This document shows, piece after piece, positions 47,382-58,562 of a stretch of DNA of 64,000 bases. The stretch covers positions 9,692-73,691 of the forward strand of contig JBMOOJ010000104.1 of NCBI GenBank assembly GCA_049323835.1. The letters run 5' to 3'. This DNA comes from Pseudomonadota bacterium (GTDB lineage Bacteria; Pseudomonadota; Alphaproteobacteria; Rhizobiales; Xanthobacteraceae). The notes under the pieces were generated by a model that made no database searches, was not told the DNA's origin, and saw only the letters and a program-made list of their open reading frames with translations. Position numbers and translations under genes: made by a program. Numbering within the stretch: the first letter of the stretch is position 1; each line of letters begins with the position of its first letter.

Positions 47382-48116
47382 CTATCCGAAATTTGCCAGC
47401 GCCGGGAAGGTTTCCAGCAGCCAGATGCTCATGCTGGTGATCGAGCCGGTGAGGAACGCGATGCCCGTTACAACCATCAGGACACCCATCGCCCGCTCGA
47501 CATTGTGCAGTTGCCGTTTCATGCGGTTGAAGGCGGCCGAGAAACGATCAATCGCGAACGCGGCAATGAGGAACGGAATGCCGAGGCCCGCCGAATAAAC
47601 CGCGAGCAGCCACGCGCCCTTTGTAACGGTCGCATCGGCGGCGGCAACCGACAGGATCGCGGCGAGGATCGGCCCGATGCACGGCGTCCAGCCGAAGGCG
47701 AACGCAAGTCCCATGACATAAGAACCGGTGTAGCCAACCGGCTTCGACATCGTCGCGCGCCCTTCCCTCATCAGAAACGCAAAGCGCGTCAGCCCGAGGA
47801 AGTGCAGGCCCATCAAGATAATGAGAACGCCGGCGACGATCGAGAACTGCGCGGAATAGGCGCGGATGAAGCCGCCGATGTAGCTCGCGCTGGCGCCGAG
47901 GGCGACGAACACCGTCGAGAAGCCGAGCACGAAGCAGAGCGCCGAGAACATGATGGCGCTCTTCGAGGCCGACGAGATATCCTCGTTGTTCGCGTTGTTC
48001 AGCGTCGCGCCGGTGAGGTAGATCAGATATGGCGGCACCAGCGGTAGCACGCAGGGCGACAGGAAGCTGATAATTCCGGCGAGGAACGCGGCGGGGACCG
48101 AGATATCGCTACCCAT
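47382..48116 (-). CDS. ccdA: CcdA/DsbD-family thiol-disulfide electron transporter (cytochrome c biogenesis protein transmembrane region)
   Basis: AAFLAGIISFLSPCVLPLVPPYL and FAFGWTPCIGPILAAIL: the two conserved membrane Cys motifs of the family. Confidence 0.8.
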   Translation of the reverse strand: MGSDISVPAAFLAGIISFLSPCVLPLVPPYLIYLTGATLNNANNEDISSASKSAIMFSALCFVLGFSTVFVALGASASYIGGFIRAYSAQFSIVAGVLIILMGLHFLGLTRFAFLMREGRATMSKPVGYTGSYVMGLAFAFGWTPCIGPILAAILSVAAADATVTKGAWLLAVYSAGLGIPFLIAAFAIDRFSAAFNRMKRQLHNVERAMGVLMVVTGIAFLTGSITSMSIWLLETFPALANFG

Positions 48117-48352
48117 GGGACATCTGACCTTCAAACTGCGCGCCGCGGGCGCGGCGGAAAACATGGCAATCAGCGTAATCTACGAACTCGGCCGCTCGCG
48201 GTTTCGAAACCCGGGATCGAACTTACCAGCGCTAAGGACCGCAAGGACAAGCTTGGCTTCGGGGGCAGCGATACATACGTTAGCCTAAGCTGGCCACCCA
48301 GAATCTCGCCGCTTCCCCGTCATATCAGTCACTTGAAGTTGAAAAGCCGTTT

Positions 48353-50437
48353 ATGATCCGCCTCTCGCCACCCTCCGCGCCGCGCCGTCCGCATCAATTC
48401 ATCGCTCATGGCGTCACCGTCACCGACGACTATGCTTGGTTAAAAGATCCGGATTGGCAGAAGGTGCTGCGCGAGCCCGCGCTGCTCGACGCCGATATCC
48501 GCGCCTATCTCGAAGCAGAGAACGCATTTGCAGAGCAGCTGCTCGGTCATACGAACGCCCTGCAGAAGACGCTCGTCGCGGAGATGCGCGGCCGCGTCAA
48601 GGAGGACGACTCGAGCGTTCCCTCCCCCGATGGCGCATTCGCTTACTTCAGCAAGTATCGGGAGGGCGGCCAGCATCCGCTGATCGGCCGCATGGCGCGC
48701 GCCGGCGGCAGCGAGACGTTCATCCTCGACGGCGACGAACTCGCGAAACACAGCGACTACTTCCAGCTGCGTGGCTCGCGGCATTCGCCGGACCACGCGC
48801 TGCATGCCTGGAGCAGCGACACCAAGGGATCGGAATACTTCACCATCCGCGTGCGCGACTGGGCAACGGGCAACGACCTCGACGACAGCATCGAGGAAAC
48901 CGATGGCGCTGTGGTCTGGGCCGCAGACTCGAAGTCCTTCTACTACGTCAAGCTCGATGATAATCACCGGCCGCTGAAGGTCTATCGCCATCGCCTCGGC
49001 ACCGCGCAGGTGGACGACATTCTTGTCTACGAGGAAAAGGATTCAGGCTGGTTCACCCATATTCATGAAAGCGCCAGCGGCCGCTTCTGCGTCATCGCCG
49101 GCGGCGATCACGAAACGTCCGAGCAACGGCTGATCGACCTGGCCGATAGCAACGCGATACCGCACCTCGTCGCCGAACGCGAGGACGGCGTACAGTACTC
49201 GGCTGCCGACCGCGGCGATCAGCTCTATATCCTGACCAATGCTGACAAGGCGATCGACTTCAAGATCGTGACAGCGCCGCTCGCTGCGCCCGGGCGCGAG
49301 AACTGGTGTGATCTGATCCCGCATCGCGCGGGCGTCTTCGTGCTCGACTTCGAGCTTTTCGCCAATCACCTGGTGCGGCTCGAGCGCAAGGACGCCCTGC
49401 CCTCGATCGTCATCCGCGACCTGCGGACGAGCGATGAGCACGCGATCGCCTTCGACGAGGCTGCGTATTCGCTCGACACGCTCGGCAGCTACGAGTTCGA
49501 CACGACGAACCTGCGCTTCTCGTACTCATCAATGACGACGCCGTCGGAAGTCTTCGACTACGACATGGAGAAGCGCACGCGCATTCTGCGCAAACGTCAG
49601 GAAATTCCGTCCGGCCACAACCCCGCGGACTACGTCACTACGCGCATCCTCGCCACGGCGCATGACGGCGCACAGGTGCCGGTCTCAATTCTCTATCACA
49701 GGACAACCACGATCGACGGAAGCGCGCCGCTGTTGCTGTACGGCTACGGCTCCTATGGCCACGCCATGCCGGCGTCGTTCTCATCCAACCGGCTGTCGCT
49801 GGTCGATCGCGGCTTCGTCTACGCTATCGCGCACATCCGCGGCGGCTCCGACAAGGGTTGGAGCTGGTATCTCGACGGCAAGCGCGAGAAGAAGACCAAC
49901 ACCTTCGACGATTTCGCCGCCGCAGGCCGCGCGCTGATCGAGAAGAAATACACCTCGCCGAAGAAGATCGTCGGCCACGGCGGCAGCGCCGGCGGCATGC
50001 TGATGGGTGCGGTTGCCAATCGCGCGGGCGACTTGTTCGGCGGCATCGTCGCCGAGGTGCCGTTCGTCGACGTGCTCAACACGATGATGGACGATACCTT
50101 GCCGCTGACGCCACCGGAGTGGCCCGAGTGGGGTAATCCGATCACCGACGAAGCCGCGTTCAAGACGATCCTGTCGTACTCGCCTTACGACAACGTCGAG
50201 GCGAAATCCTATCCGGCGATCCTGGCGATGGGCGGCCTCACCGATCCGCGCGTGACGTATTGGGAGCCGGCGAAGTGGGTGGCGCGGCTGCGCGCGACCA
50301 TGACCGGCGGCGGGCCGGTCGTGCTGCGAACCAACATGGGCGCAGGCCACGGCGGCGCATCCGGCCGCTTCAACCGGCTGGACGAAGTCGCGATCGTCTA
50401 TGCGTTCGCACTATGGGCAGTGGGGCTGGTGAAATAA
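48353..50437 (+). CDS. ptrB: S9A prolyl oligopeptidase-family protease II (oligopeptidase B)
   Basis: 694 aa. N-terminal beta-propeller region (DDYAWLKD..), catalytic GGSAGG motif and a C-terminal hydrolase domain. Confidence 0.85.
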   Translation: MIRLSPPSAPRRPHQFIAHGVTVTDDYAWLKDPDWQKVLREPALLDADIRAYLEAENAFAEQLLGHTNALQKTLVAEMRGRVKEDDSSVPSPDGAFAYFSKYREGGQHPLIGRMARAGGSETFILDGDELAKHSDYFQLRGSRHSPDHALHAWSSDTKGSEYFTIRVRDWATGNDLDDSIEETDGAVVWAADSKSFYYVKLDDNHRPLKVYRHRLGTAQVDDILVYEEKDSGWFTHIHESASGRFCVIAGGDHETSEQRLIDLADSNAIPHLVAEREDGVQYSAADRGDQLYILTNADKAIDFKIVTAPLAAPGRENWCDLIPHRAGVFVLDFELFANHLVRLERKDALPSIVIRDLRTSDEHAIAFDEAAYSLDTLGSYEFDTTNLRFSYSSMTTPSEVFDYDMEKRTRILRKRQEIPSGHNPADYVTTRILATAHDGAQVPVSILYHRTTTIDGSAPLLLYGYGSYGHAMPASFSSNRLSLVDRGFVYAIAHIRGGSDKGWSWYLDGKREKKTNTFDDFAAAGRALIEKKYTSPKKIVGHGGSAGGMLMGAVANRAGDLFGGIVAEVPFVDVLNTMMDDTLPLTPPEWPEWGNPITDEAAFKTILSYSPYDNVEAKSYPAILAMGGLTDPRVTYWEPAKWVARLRATMTGGGPVVLRTNMGAGHGGASGRFNRLDEVAIVYAFALWAVGLVK

Positions 50438-50451
50438 GTGCTCATCGCTTT

Positions 50452-50580
50452 CCCCCCCCTTGTGGGGAGGGTGGCGCGAATGAGCGTCGCGAATGGAGCG
50501 CCGGGTGGGGCTCGTTCGCTGCAAGTGCCTCCACCCCGGCCTCCGCTACGCTCGGCCGACCCTCCCCACAAGAGGGAGGG
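50452..50580. repeat. Structured intergenic repeat with long-range inverted arms
   Basis: TGTGGGGAGGGT (50461-50472) pairs with ACCCTCCCCACA (50559-50570), extended imperfectly on both sides. An inner imperfect GC-rich pairing is also present. The element lies between convergent ptrB and RND genes. Confidence 0.5.
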
Positions 50581-50593
50581 ATTCAGCAAATCC

Positions 50594-53500
50594 TCACAGC
50601 GAATGCGGTTTGGCCTCGCCTGCCGGCTGCGGCGCCAGCACTTGCTTATTGGCGGACATCGCCGTCCCCGCCTCTTCCCGCGCCTGCTTCGAGAACGCTT
50701 TCAGCACACCGACGAAGAACACCGGCACCATCAACAGCGCCAGAACGACGACGGCGATCATGCCGCCCATGACCACCGTGCCGATCGCCTGCTGGCTGGC
50801 GGCTCCGGCGCCGGTGGCGATCACCATCGGCACCACACCGCTGACGAATGCAAAGCCGGTCATCAGAATCGGGCGGAAGCGCAGATGGCAGGCTTCCGCC
50901 GTCGCTTCGAGGATCGGCTTGCCTTGCGCGCGCAGATCCTTGGCGAACTCGATGATGAGAATGGCATCCTTGGCCGCGAGCCCGATAATGGTGATCAGGC
51001 CGACCGTGAAATACACGTCATTCGGCAGGCCGCGCAGCATCGCCGCAATCACCGCGCCGAGAATGCCGAGCGGCACCGTCATCAGCACGGCGACCGGAAT
51101 CGTCCAGCTCTCATACAGCGCGGCGAGACACAGGAACACCACCAGCGCCGAGAGCGCGAGCAGGAACGGCGCCTGCGAGCCGGAGAGCTTTTCCTGGAGC
51201 GACTGGCCCGTCCACTCGTAGCCGAAGCCGCGCGGCAACTGCCCTGCGAGCTTCTCCATCTCGGCGATGGCGTCGCCGGAGGTGAAGCCCGCACGCGCGA
51301 CGCCGCTGATGCGCACCGAGGGATAGTAGTTGAAGCCGACGATCTGCGTCGGGCCGACCGTCCACTCGACGGTTGCAACCGACGCCAGCGGCACGAGCTG
51401 CCCGCGGCTGTTCTTGACGTTATACGAGAGAATGTCGTCAGCGTTCATGCGCGCCACCGCCTCCGACTGCACGATCACGCGCTGCATGCGACCGCGGTTC
51501 GGGAAGTCGTTGACGTAGTTCGAGCCGAGGTTGGTCGAGATCGTGTTGTTGATCTCCTCGAAAGTGACGCCGAGCGCACTCGCCTTCTCGCGATCGACGT
51601 TGAGCTGCACCTGCGGCGCCGGCGGCAGACCTTCCACGAACACGTTCTGAAGGATCGGGCTCTTGTTGGCGGCGGCGATCAGCTGATCCTTTGCCGCCAT
51701 CAGCGCCGGATAGCCCTTCTGCCCGCGATCCTGCAGGCGGAAACTGAAGCCGGACGAATTGCCGAGGTTATCGATCGGGGGCGGCTGCTGCGCGTTCACC
51801 TTGGCGTCGCGCACCGATGACAGCTTGCGATTGGCGTCATCGACGATCGCCGCAGCCGAATCGCGCGGCCCGCGCTCCGACCAGTCCTTCAGCGTCACGA
51901 ACGCCTGCGCGGTGTTGATGCCCTGACCGAGGAAGCTGAACCCGGTGAGGAACGTCACCTCATCGATGCCGGAGCGCCCGAGCAGATACTTTTCGACCGC
52001 CTCCACCGCATTCGCAGTGCGGCTGTAGGACGAGTCGGACGGCGTCTGCACGTCGACGGTGATGAAGCCTTGATCGTCGACCGGCAGGAAGCCGCCCGGC
52101 AGGCGCACGAACGCCCAGCCCATTGCGATGACGATCGCGGCGTAGATCGCCAGCAACCGTCCGGTGCGCAGGATCGACCAGCCGACGATGCCGCTGTAAC
52201 GATCCTTGATCCCGTCCAACACGCGGTTGAACAATCCGAAAAAACCCTTCTTCGCGTGGCCGTGCCCCGCTTCCACCGGCTTCAGCAACGTCGCGCACAG
52301 GGCCGGCGTCAGCGACAGCGCCATCAGTGCCGAGAAGCCGATCGCCGACGCCATGGTGATCGAGAACTGCCGGTAGATGATGCCGACCGAGCCCGGGAAG
52401 AACGCCATCGGCACGAACACCGCGATCAGCACCAGCGTAATACCGACGATGGCGCTGGTGATCTGGGTCATCGCCTTGCGGGTCGCTTCCTTCGGCGGCA
52501 AACCCTCCTCCGCCATGATGCGCTCGACGTTCTCGACCACGACGATGGCGTCGTCGACGATGATGCCGATTGCCAGCACCATGCCGAACATGGTCAGAAT
52601 GTTGATGGAATAGCCGAGCAGCAACAGCATCAGACACGTGCCGAGCAACGCGACCGGCACAACGATGGTCGGGATCAGCGTGTAGCGGATGTTCTGGAGG
52701 AACAGGAACATCACGACGAACACGAGCCCGACGGCTTCGAGCAAGGTCATCAGAACCTTGTTGATCGAGGCCTGCACCACCGGCGTGATGTTGTACGGAA
52801 TCTCATAGGCGATATTCGCCGGGAAGAACTTCGACAGCTCCTGCATCTTGGCTTCGACGGCGCGCGCCGTCGCCAGCGCATTGCCGGTCGGCGACAGCAG
52901 CACCGAGAGACCCGCCGTCGGCTCGCCGTTGAGGCGCGTCGTGAACTGATAGCCGAGGCCGCCGATCTCGATGCGTGCGACGTCGCGCAGCCGCACGGTC
53001 GAACCGTCGGCGTTGGCGCGCAACACGATCGCGCCGAAGTCGTCGGTCGATGAGAGCTGACCCTTGACGAGAACGAGCGCGGAGATGCGCTGGTCCTTGG
53101 TGCTCGGCTCGGCGCCGACGCTGCCAGAGGCGACCTGCGCGTTCTGTGCGGCGATCGCCTTGGTTACGTCATCGGCATTGAGGTTGTAGCCGACGAGCTT
53201 CGCCGGATCGATCCAGATGCGCAACGAACGTTCGGTCGAGAACAGCGTGGCGCGGCCGACGCCGGGAATGCGGCGGATTTCGCCGAGCACGTTGCGGATC
53301 ATGAAGTCGCCAAGGCCGACTTCGTCCAGCGACTTGTCGGTGGACTTCAGCGTCACGATCTGAAGCACCGCGCTGGAGGCTTCCTCGACGAGAATGCCCT
53401 GCTGGATCACCGCGCGCGGCAGGCGCGCCTCGACGCGCTTGATGCGGTTCTGCACCTCGACCGAGGCGAGGTTGGAGTCCGTGCCCGGCACGAAGTTGGC

Positions 53501-53773
53501 GATGATCTCAACCTGCCCCAGCGAGTCGCTGGTGGATTCGAAGTTGAGAATGCCGCTGGCGCCGTTGAGCTCTTCCTCGATCAGGCGCGTGACGCTGTTG
53601 TAGAGGTTTTCAGGCGACGCGCCGGGATAGCTCGTCGAGATCGAAATCGACGGCGGTGCGATGATCGGATACTGCGCGATCGGCAGTTGCGGAATCGCGA
53701 TCGCGCCAAGCAGACAGATAAAGAGAGCCACGACCCATGCGAACACGGGCCGGTCGATGAAGAAACCCGGCAT
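50594..53773 (-). CDS. RND multidrug efflux permease (HAE1, AcrB/MexB-like)
   Basis: 1059 aa. N-terminus MPGFFIDRPVFAWVVALFICLLGAIAIPQLPIAQYP is typical of AcrB. Confidence 0.9.
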   Translation of the reverse strand: MPGFFIDRPVFAWVVALFICLLGAIAIPQLPIAQYPIIAPPSISISTSYPGASPENLYNSVTRLIEEELNGASGILNFESTSDSLGQVEIIANFVPGTDSNLASVEVQNRIKRVEARLPRAVIQQGILVEEASSAVLQIVTLKSTDKSLDEVGLGDFMIRNVLGEIRRIPGVGRATLFSTERSLRIWIDPAKLVGYNLNADDVTKAIAAQNAQVASGSVGAEPSTKDQRISALVLVKGQLSSTDDFGAIVLRANADGSTVRLRDVARIEIGGLGYQFTTRLNGEPTAGLSVLLSPTGNALATARAVEAKMQELSKFFPANIAYEIPYNITPVVQASINKVLMTLLEAVGLVFVVMFLFLQNIRYTLIPTIVVPVALLGTCLMLLLLGYSINILTMFGMVLAIGIIVDDAIVVVENVERIMAEEGLPPKEATRKAMTQITSAIVGITLVLIAVFVPMAFFPGSVGIIYRQFSITMASAIGFSALMALSLTPALCATLLKPVEAGHGHAKKGFFGLFNRVLDGIKDRYSGIVGWSILRTGRLLAIYAAIVIAMGWAFVRLPGGFLPVDDQGFITVDVQTPSDSSYSRTANAVEAVEKYLLGRSGIDEVTFLTGFSFLGQGINTAQAFVTLKDWSERGPRDSAAAIVDDANRKLSSVRDAKVNAQQPPPIDNLGNSSGFSFRLQDRGQKGYPALMAAKDQLIAAANKSPILQNVFVEGLPPAPQVQLNVDREKASALGVTFEEINNTISTNLGSNYVNDFPNRGRMQRVIVQSEAVARMNADDILSYNVKNSRGQLVPLASVATVEWTVGPTQIVGFNYYPSVRISGVARAGFTSGDAIAEMEKLAGQLPRGFGYEWTGQSLQEKLSGSQAPFLLALSALVVFLCLAALYESWTIPVAVLMTVPLGILGAVIAAMLRGLPNDVYFTVGLITIIGLAAKDAILIIEFAKDLRAQGKPILEATAEACHLRFRPILMTGFAFVSGVVPMVIATGAGAASQQAIGTVVMGGMIAVVVLALLMVPVFFVGVLKAFSKQAREEAGTAMSANKQVLAPQPAGEAKPHSL

Positions 53774-53775
53774 CG

Positions 53776-54969
53776 TCAGCGGCTCGCCGCCGAAGCTTCC
53801 ACTGCCGACGGATCCTCAGTTGCGGCAACCTCGCGCCACTCGTTTGGCGTGACGATGTCGCCCGGCGCGAATTTCTGGAAGCCTTCGACCACGACCTTGT
53901 CGCCGGCCTTGAGACCATGGCTGACGAGCCATTGTCCCTCGATCATCGAACTCGTGCGGATCGGCTGCGCCGCGATGCGGTTGTCGTCCTTGAGAACGAA
54001 CACCTCGGCGCCGCCGCCGGCGTTGCGCTGCACGGATTGCTGCGGCAGCAGGATCGCATCGGTGTCGATGCCCTGCTCGATCTGCACGCGCACATACATG
54101 CCCGGCAGCAATTCGCGGTTCGGATTTGGAAACTCGCCGCGCAGCGTCACCTGCCCGGTGGTCGCATCGACGCGCGCGTCGGAGAACAGAAGCTTGCCCG
54201 GCAGCGGATAGACCGAACCGTCGTCGAGCACGAGGCGAACCTTCACCGCGTCCGGCGCGATCTGGTCGAGCGCGCCTTCCTTGAAGTCGCGGCGCAGCTT
54301 GTTCATTTCGCTGATCGACTGCGTGAAATCGGCATAGACCGGATCGATCTGCTGGATCGTCGCAAGGCTCGCCGTATCGTTCTGAAGAACGAGCGCGCCT
54401 TCGCTCATCAGCGCGGCGCCGATGATGCCGCTGATCGGCGCGCGGATGGTTGCGTATTCGAGGTTGAGGCGCGTGCGCGCCGCATCCGCCTGACGCGCGG
54501 CGAGATCCGCCTCAGCCTGGCGCATGTTGGCGAGCGCGGTTTCGTTCTCCGACTCTGAGACAGCCTTGCTCAGGATCAGGATGGATGTCCGGCGATACTG
54601 CTGGGTAGCCTGCTGGAGAACGGCGCGCGCCTTGGCGACCGCGGCTTCGTTCGCCTGCAGATCGACTTCGAACGGCTTCGGATCGATGTGATAGAGCGGA
54701 TCGCCGGCCTTCACCATGCTGCCCTGTTCGAACAGGCGCGCGATGATGATGCCCGATACACGCGGCCGCACGTCGGCGACCCGTGTCGGCGCGATGCGTC
54801 CGGGCAGTTCGCGGACGATGGATTTCCAGGTGGGCTTGACGGTGACAAAACTGACGTCAGGTGGTTGGGGAATTGCCGCGGCCGCAACGGGCTCGTCACA
54901 GGCCGAAAGAAGTGAAGCCAGTCCGAACAGCAAAGCCGCTGTTGCGACCGGCCGCGTCCACGAGTTCAT
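53776..54969 (-). CDS. RND periplasmic adaptor lipoprotein (AcrA/MexA-like)
   Basis: Lipobox LLSAC after ATG 54969. IRAPISGIIG and LLPGMYVRV motifs. The stop lies 2 nt before the permease ATG. Confidence 0.85.
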   Translation of the reverse strand: MNSWTRPVATAALLFGLASLLSACDEPVAAAAIPQPPDVSFVTVKPTWKSIVRELPGRIAPTRVADVRPRVSGIIIARLFEQGSMVKAGDPLYHIDPKPFEVDLQANEAAVAKARAVLQQATQQYRRTSILILSKAVSESENETALANMRQAEADLAARQADAARTRLNLEYATIRAPISGIIGAALMSEGALVLQNDTASLATIQQIDPVYADFTQSISEMNKLRRDFKEGALDQIAPDAVKVRLVLDDGSVYPLPGKLLFSDARVDATTGQVTLRGEFPNPNRELLPGMYVRVQIEQGIDTDAILLPQQSVQRNAGGGAEVFVLKDDNRIAAQPIRTSSMIEGQWLVSHGLKAGDKVVVEGFQKFAPGDIVTPNEWREVAATEDPSAVEASAASR

Positions 54970-55261
54970 GCCGCACCTTTTTTGTTCTTGATCGCCCATC
55001 GGTCTGGTCCCTGCCGCATTGCAGGAACCAGGCCATGTGAGGTGATGGGCTCGAATCCGACAGCTCGAACGAACATAGAATTGTCAGGGTGCATCGCAAC
55101 ATGAATGCGACATGAACAAGCGGCGACCCAATGTCGCGCGACCTAAAGGACTGAAATACTTACCTATTCGAAGGATGACGCGATCGTGTCCGGGTGATTG
55201 ACAGGCACTCAGTCGCGGGAATCCGGCACAGTTTGTGACTTCATTGTGTCGGGAACCGAGC

Positions 55262-56341
55262 TCAGTGTGTCGGATCGACGATGATCTTGGTATGCCGCTC
55301 AGGGTTGGCGAGGTCCGCAAACGCCTGCGCCACGCCGTCGATGCCGACGGTCGCGGTGATCAGGGATCCGGCATCGACGTGCCCTTCCGCGATCAATCGC
55401 AGGGCAGACGCGAATTCGTCGGGCGTATAACCAAGCACGTACTGCACCGACAGTTCCTTGATGATGCCCAGCATCGGCTCGGAGCGGTCCTGTTCCATGC
55501 AGACGCCGACGACGACAATCCGCGCGTCGCGCGGCGCGCCCTCGAACACCTGCTGGATCAGGCCCGGCACGCCGACGCATTCGAAGATCAGCGCCGGCTT
55601 CAACGCAGGCAGAAACATCTGGAACGGCGGGCGGTTCGCCTTTTCTTCCTCCGACATCGCCGCGTGCTCGGCCCACGCCGCATACGGCTGCGTGCGGGCG
55701 GGATCGACGACGACATCGGCACCGAGTTTCTCCGCGAGTGCGCGGCGCGCCGGTGAATAGTCGGCGGCGATGATTGTGCGGAAGCCGCGCATTTTCAGCG
55801 CCGCGATCACCGCAAGTCCGACCGGGCCGCAGCCGATGACGAGCGGAATCTCGTCGCCGCGCGCGTTTGCTTTCGCCACCGCATGGATGCCGACGGCCAG
55901 CGGCTCGGTCAGCGCCGCATGCTCCGGCGCAAGGCCGTTCGGCACTTCGAGCAGCAGCGCCTCGCTCAAGACCATCTGCTCGGCATAGCCGCCGACCACA
56001 TCGTTCGAATAGCCGATGCCTTGCGGCCCGGTTGCGGTGATCAGCGCCGGGATCGAACAGACATGCGTGCCGGGCTTGAGCCTGCGCTCAGTACCGGGGC
56101 CGTAGTCGATCACCTCGCAGCAGAACTCGTGGCCGAAGACGACATCGCGCGTCAGGTCCATCGGCTTGCGGCCGGTGAACTTCGCCATGTCCGACATGCG
56201 CGACGCGAACTTGCGCGCATGCAGGTCGGACCCGCAGATGCCGCAGGCGAGCGTCTTCACCAGCACCTGTCCTGCCGCTGGGACGGGCGCAAGCAGCGTG
56301 TCGACGACGATCTCGCCGTTTCTGAAAACCGCAGCGCGCAT
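55262..56341 (-). CDS. Zinc-dependent medium-chain alcohol dehydrogenase family protein
   Basis: GICGSDLH zinc motif and GCGPVGL Rossmann motif. ATG 56341 (MRAAVF..) is preferred over the track GTG 56353. Confidence 0.85.
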   Translation of the reverse strand: MRAAVFRNGEIVVDTLLAPVPAAGQVLVKTLACGICGSDLHARKFASRMSDMAKFTGRKPMDLTRDVVFGHEFCCEVIDYGPGTERRLKPGTHVCSIPALITATGPQGIGYSNDVVGGYAEQMVLSEALLLEVPNGLAPEHAALTEPLAVGIHAVAKANARGDEIPLVIGCGPVGLAVIAALKMRGFRTIIAADYSPARRALAEKLGADVVVDPARTQPYAAWAEHAAMSEEEKANRPPFQMFLPALKPALIFECVGVPGLIQQVFEGAPRDARIVVVGVCMEQDRSEPMLGIIKELSVQYVLGYTPDEFASALRLIAEGHVDAGSLITATVGIDGVAQAFADLANPERHTKIIVDPTH

Positions 56342-56349
56342 CGCTGACC

Positions 56350-56970
56350 TCACTTCCGTCCGGACGCCTTCGCCAGCGCCACGTCGCAGAACACGGCCGC
56401 GGTGGCGACAACCTCATCGATCGGCTGCGGGTAGCCTTGCGACACCCAGCGCAGCGCGATGTTGATGACCGCACCGACCATGCCGACCGACAGCATGGAC
56501 GTTTCGGTCGCGCCCTTGGCGGGGGGCGCGAGCAGCGCACTCATCGCTTTCAGCGCATTCATACGCACCGCGTCGACCTCGGTGCTGATGCCGCCCATCT
56601 CCAGAAGGAAGACGCGGGCCGGACGCGGATGCTCGCGCAGGCGCGTGAAGTAGACGGCGAGGATCGCGCGCATCCTCCCCGCGGCATCGCCGGTGAACTG
56701 CACGCCCGCGGCCGCCATCTGCCGGTGCAGTTCGTCAGTCACGTGGATGTAGGCTGCGATCAAAAGCGCTTCGCTGTTGGCGAACGACTCATAGAAGTAG
56801 CGCTCCGTCAGCTTCGCGGCTTCGCACACCGCTTTCACGGTCGCGTTGCGATAGCCGACGCGGCCATAGACCTGCACCGCCGCCTCGATCAGCCGCAGCC
56901 GCCGCTCGGCGCGCCGCTCGTCCGCATGCACGCCGCCATAAAGCCGCGAAACCTTCGCCGGATTCGTCAT
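56350..56970 (-). CDS. TetR-family regulator (EthR-like position)
   Basis: HTH (RLRLIEAAVQVYGRVGYRNATVKAVCEAAKLTERYFYESF). Divergent from the EthA-like monooxygenase. Confidence 0.85.
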   Translation of the reverse strand: MTNPAKVSRLYGGVHADERRAERRLRLIEAAVQVYGRVGYRNATVKAVCEAAKLTERYFYESFANSEALLIAAYIHVTDELHRQMAAAGVQFTGDAAGRMRAILAVYFTRLREHPRPARVFLLEMGGISTEVDAVRMNALKAMSALLAPPAKGATETSMLSVGMVGAVINIALRWVSQGYPQPIDEVVATAAVFCDVALAKASGRK

Positions 56971-56993
56971 TCCCGATTATTGACATGATGCAT

Positions 56994-57021
56994 TGTCAGA
57001 TACAAGCTGTGTATCCTGACA
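56994..57021. promoter_or_regulatory. Candidate TetR operator in the divergent promoter
   Basis: TGTCAGATACA-N5-TGTATCCTGACA, an inverted repeat with a one-base bulge. A TTGACA hexamer lies at 56980-56985. GGAGG SD at 57031. Confidence 0.3.
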
Positions 57022-57042
57022 GCCTTGCCGGGAGGTGGCCTC

Positions 57043-58542
<1,500 letters not shown>

Positions 58543-58562
58543 AGCAGGCCTCTAATCGTCGT

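Noticed and set aside
48185-48255. tRNA-like fragment (GTTCGATCC on the minus strand, and a GGTTTCGAAACC palindrome at 48200-48211)
   Set aside because: No T-stem complementarity exists around the putative T-loop, and no acceptor or anticodon arms can be drawn. It is probably just a palindrome in the ccdA/ptrB divergent promoter.
38000-48500. Search for copper-resistance, sigma/anti-sigma or two-component genes that would explain regulation of the RiPP cluster
   Set aside because: I recognised none in or next to the cluster. Any statement about metal regulation therefore remains an analogy with described bufferin loci, not an observation.
50438-53053. Plus-strand ORFs of 460, 242 and 327 aa
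   Set aside because: They are antisense to the AcrB-like permease, with Arg/His/Asp-rich artefact composition.
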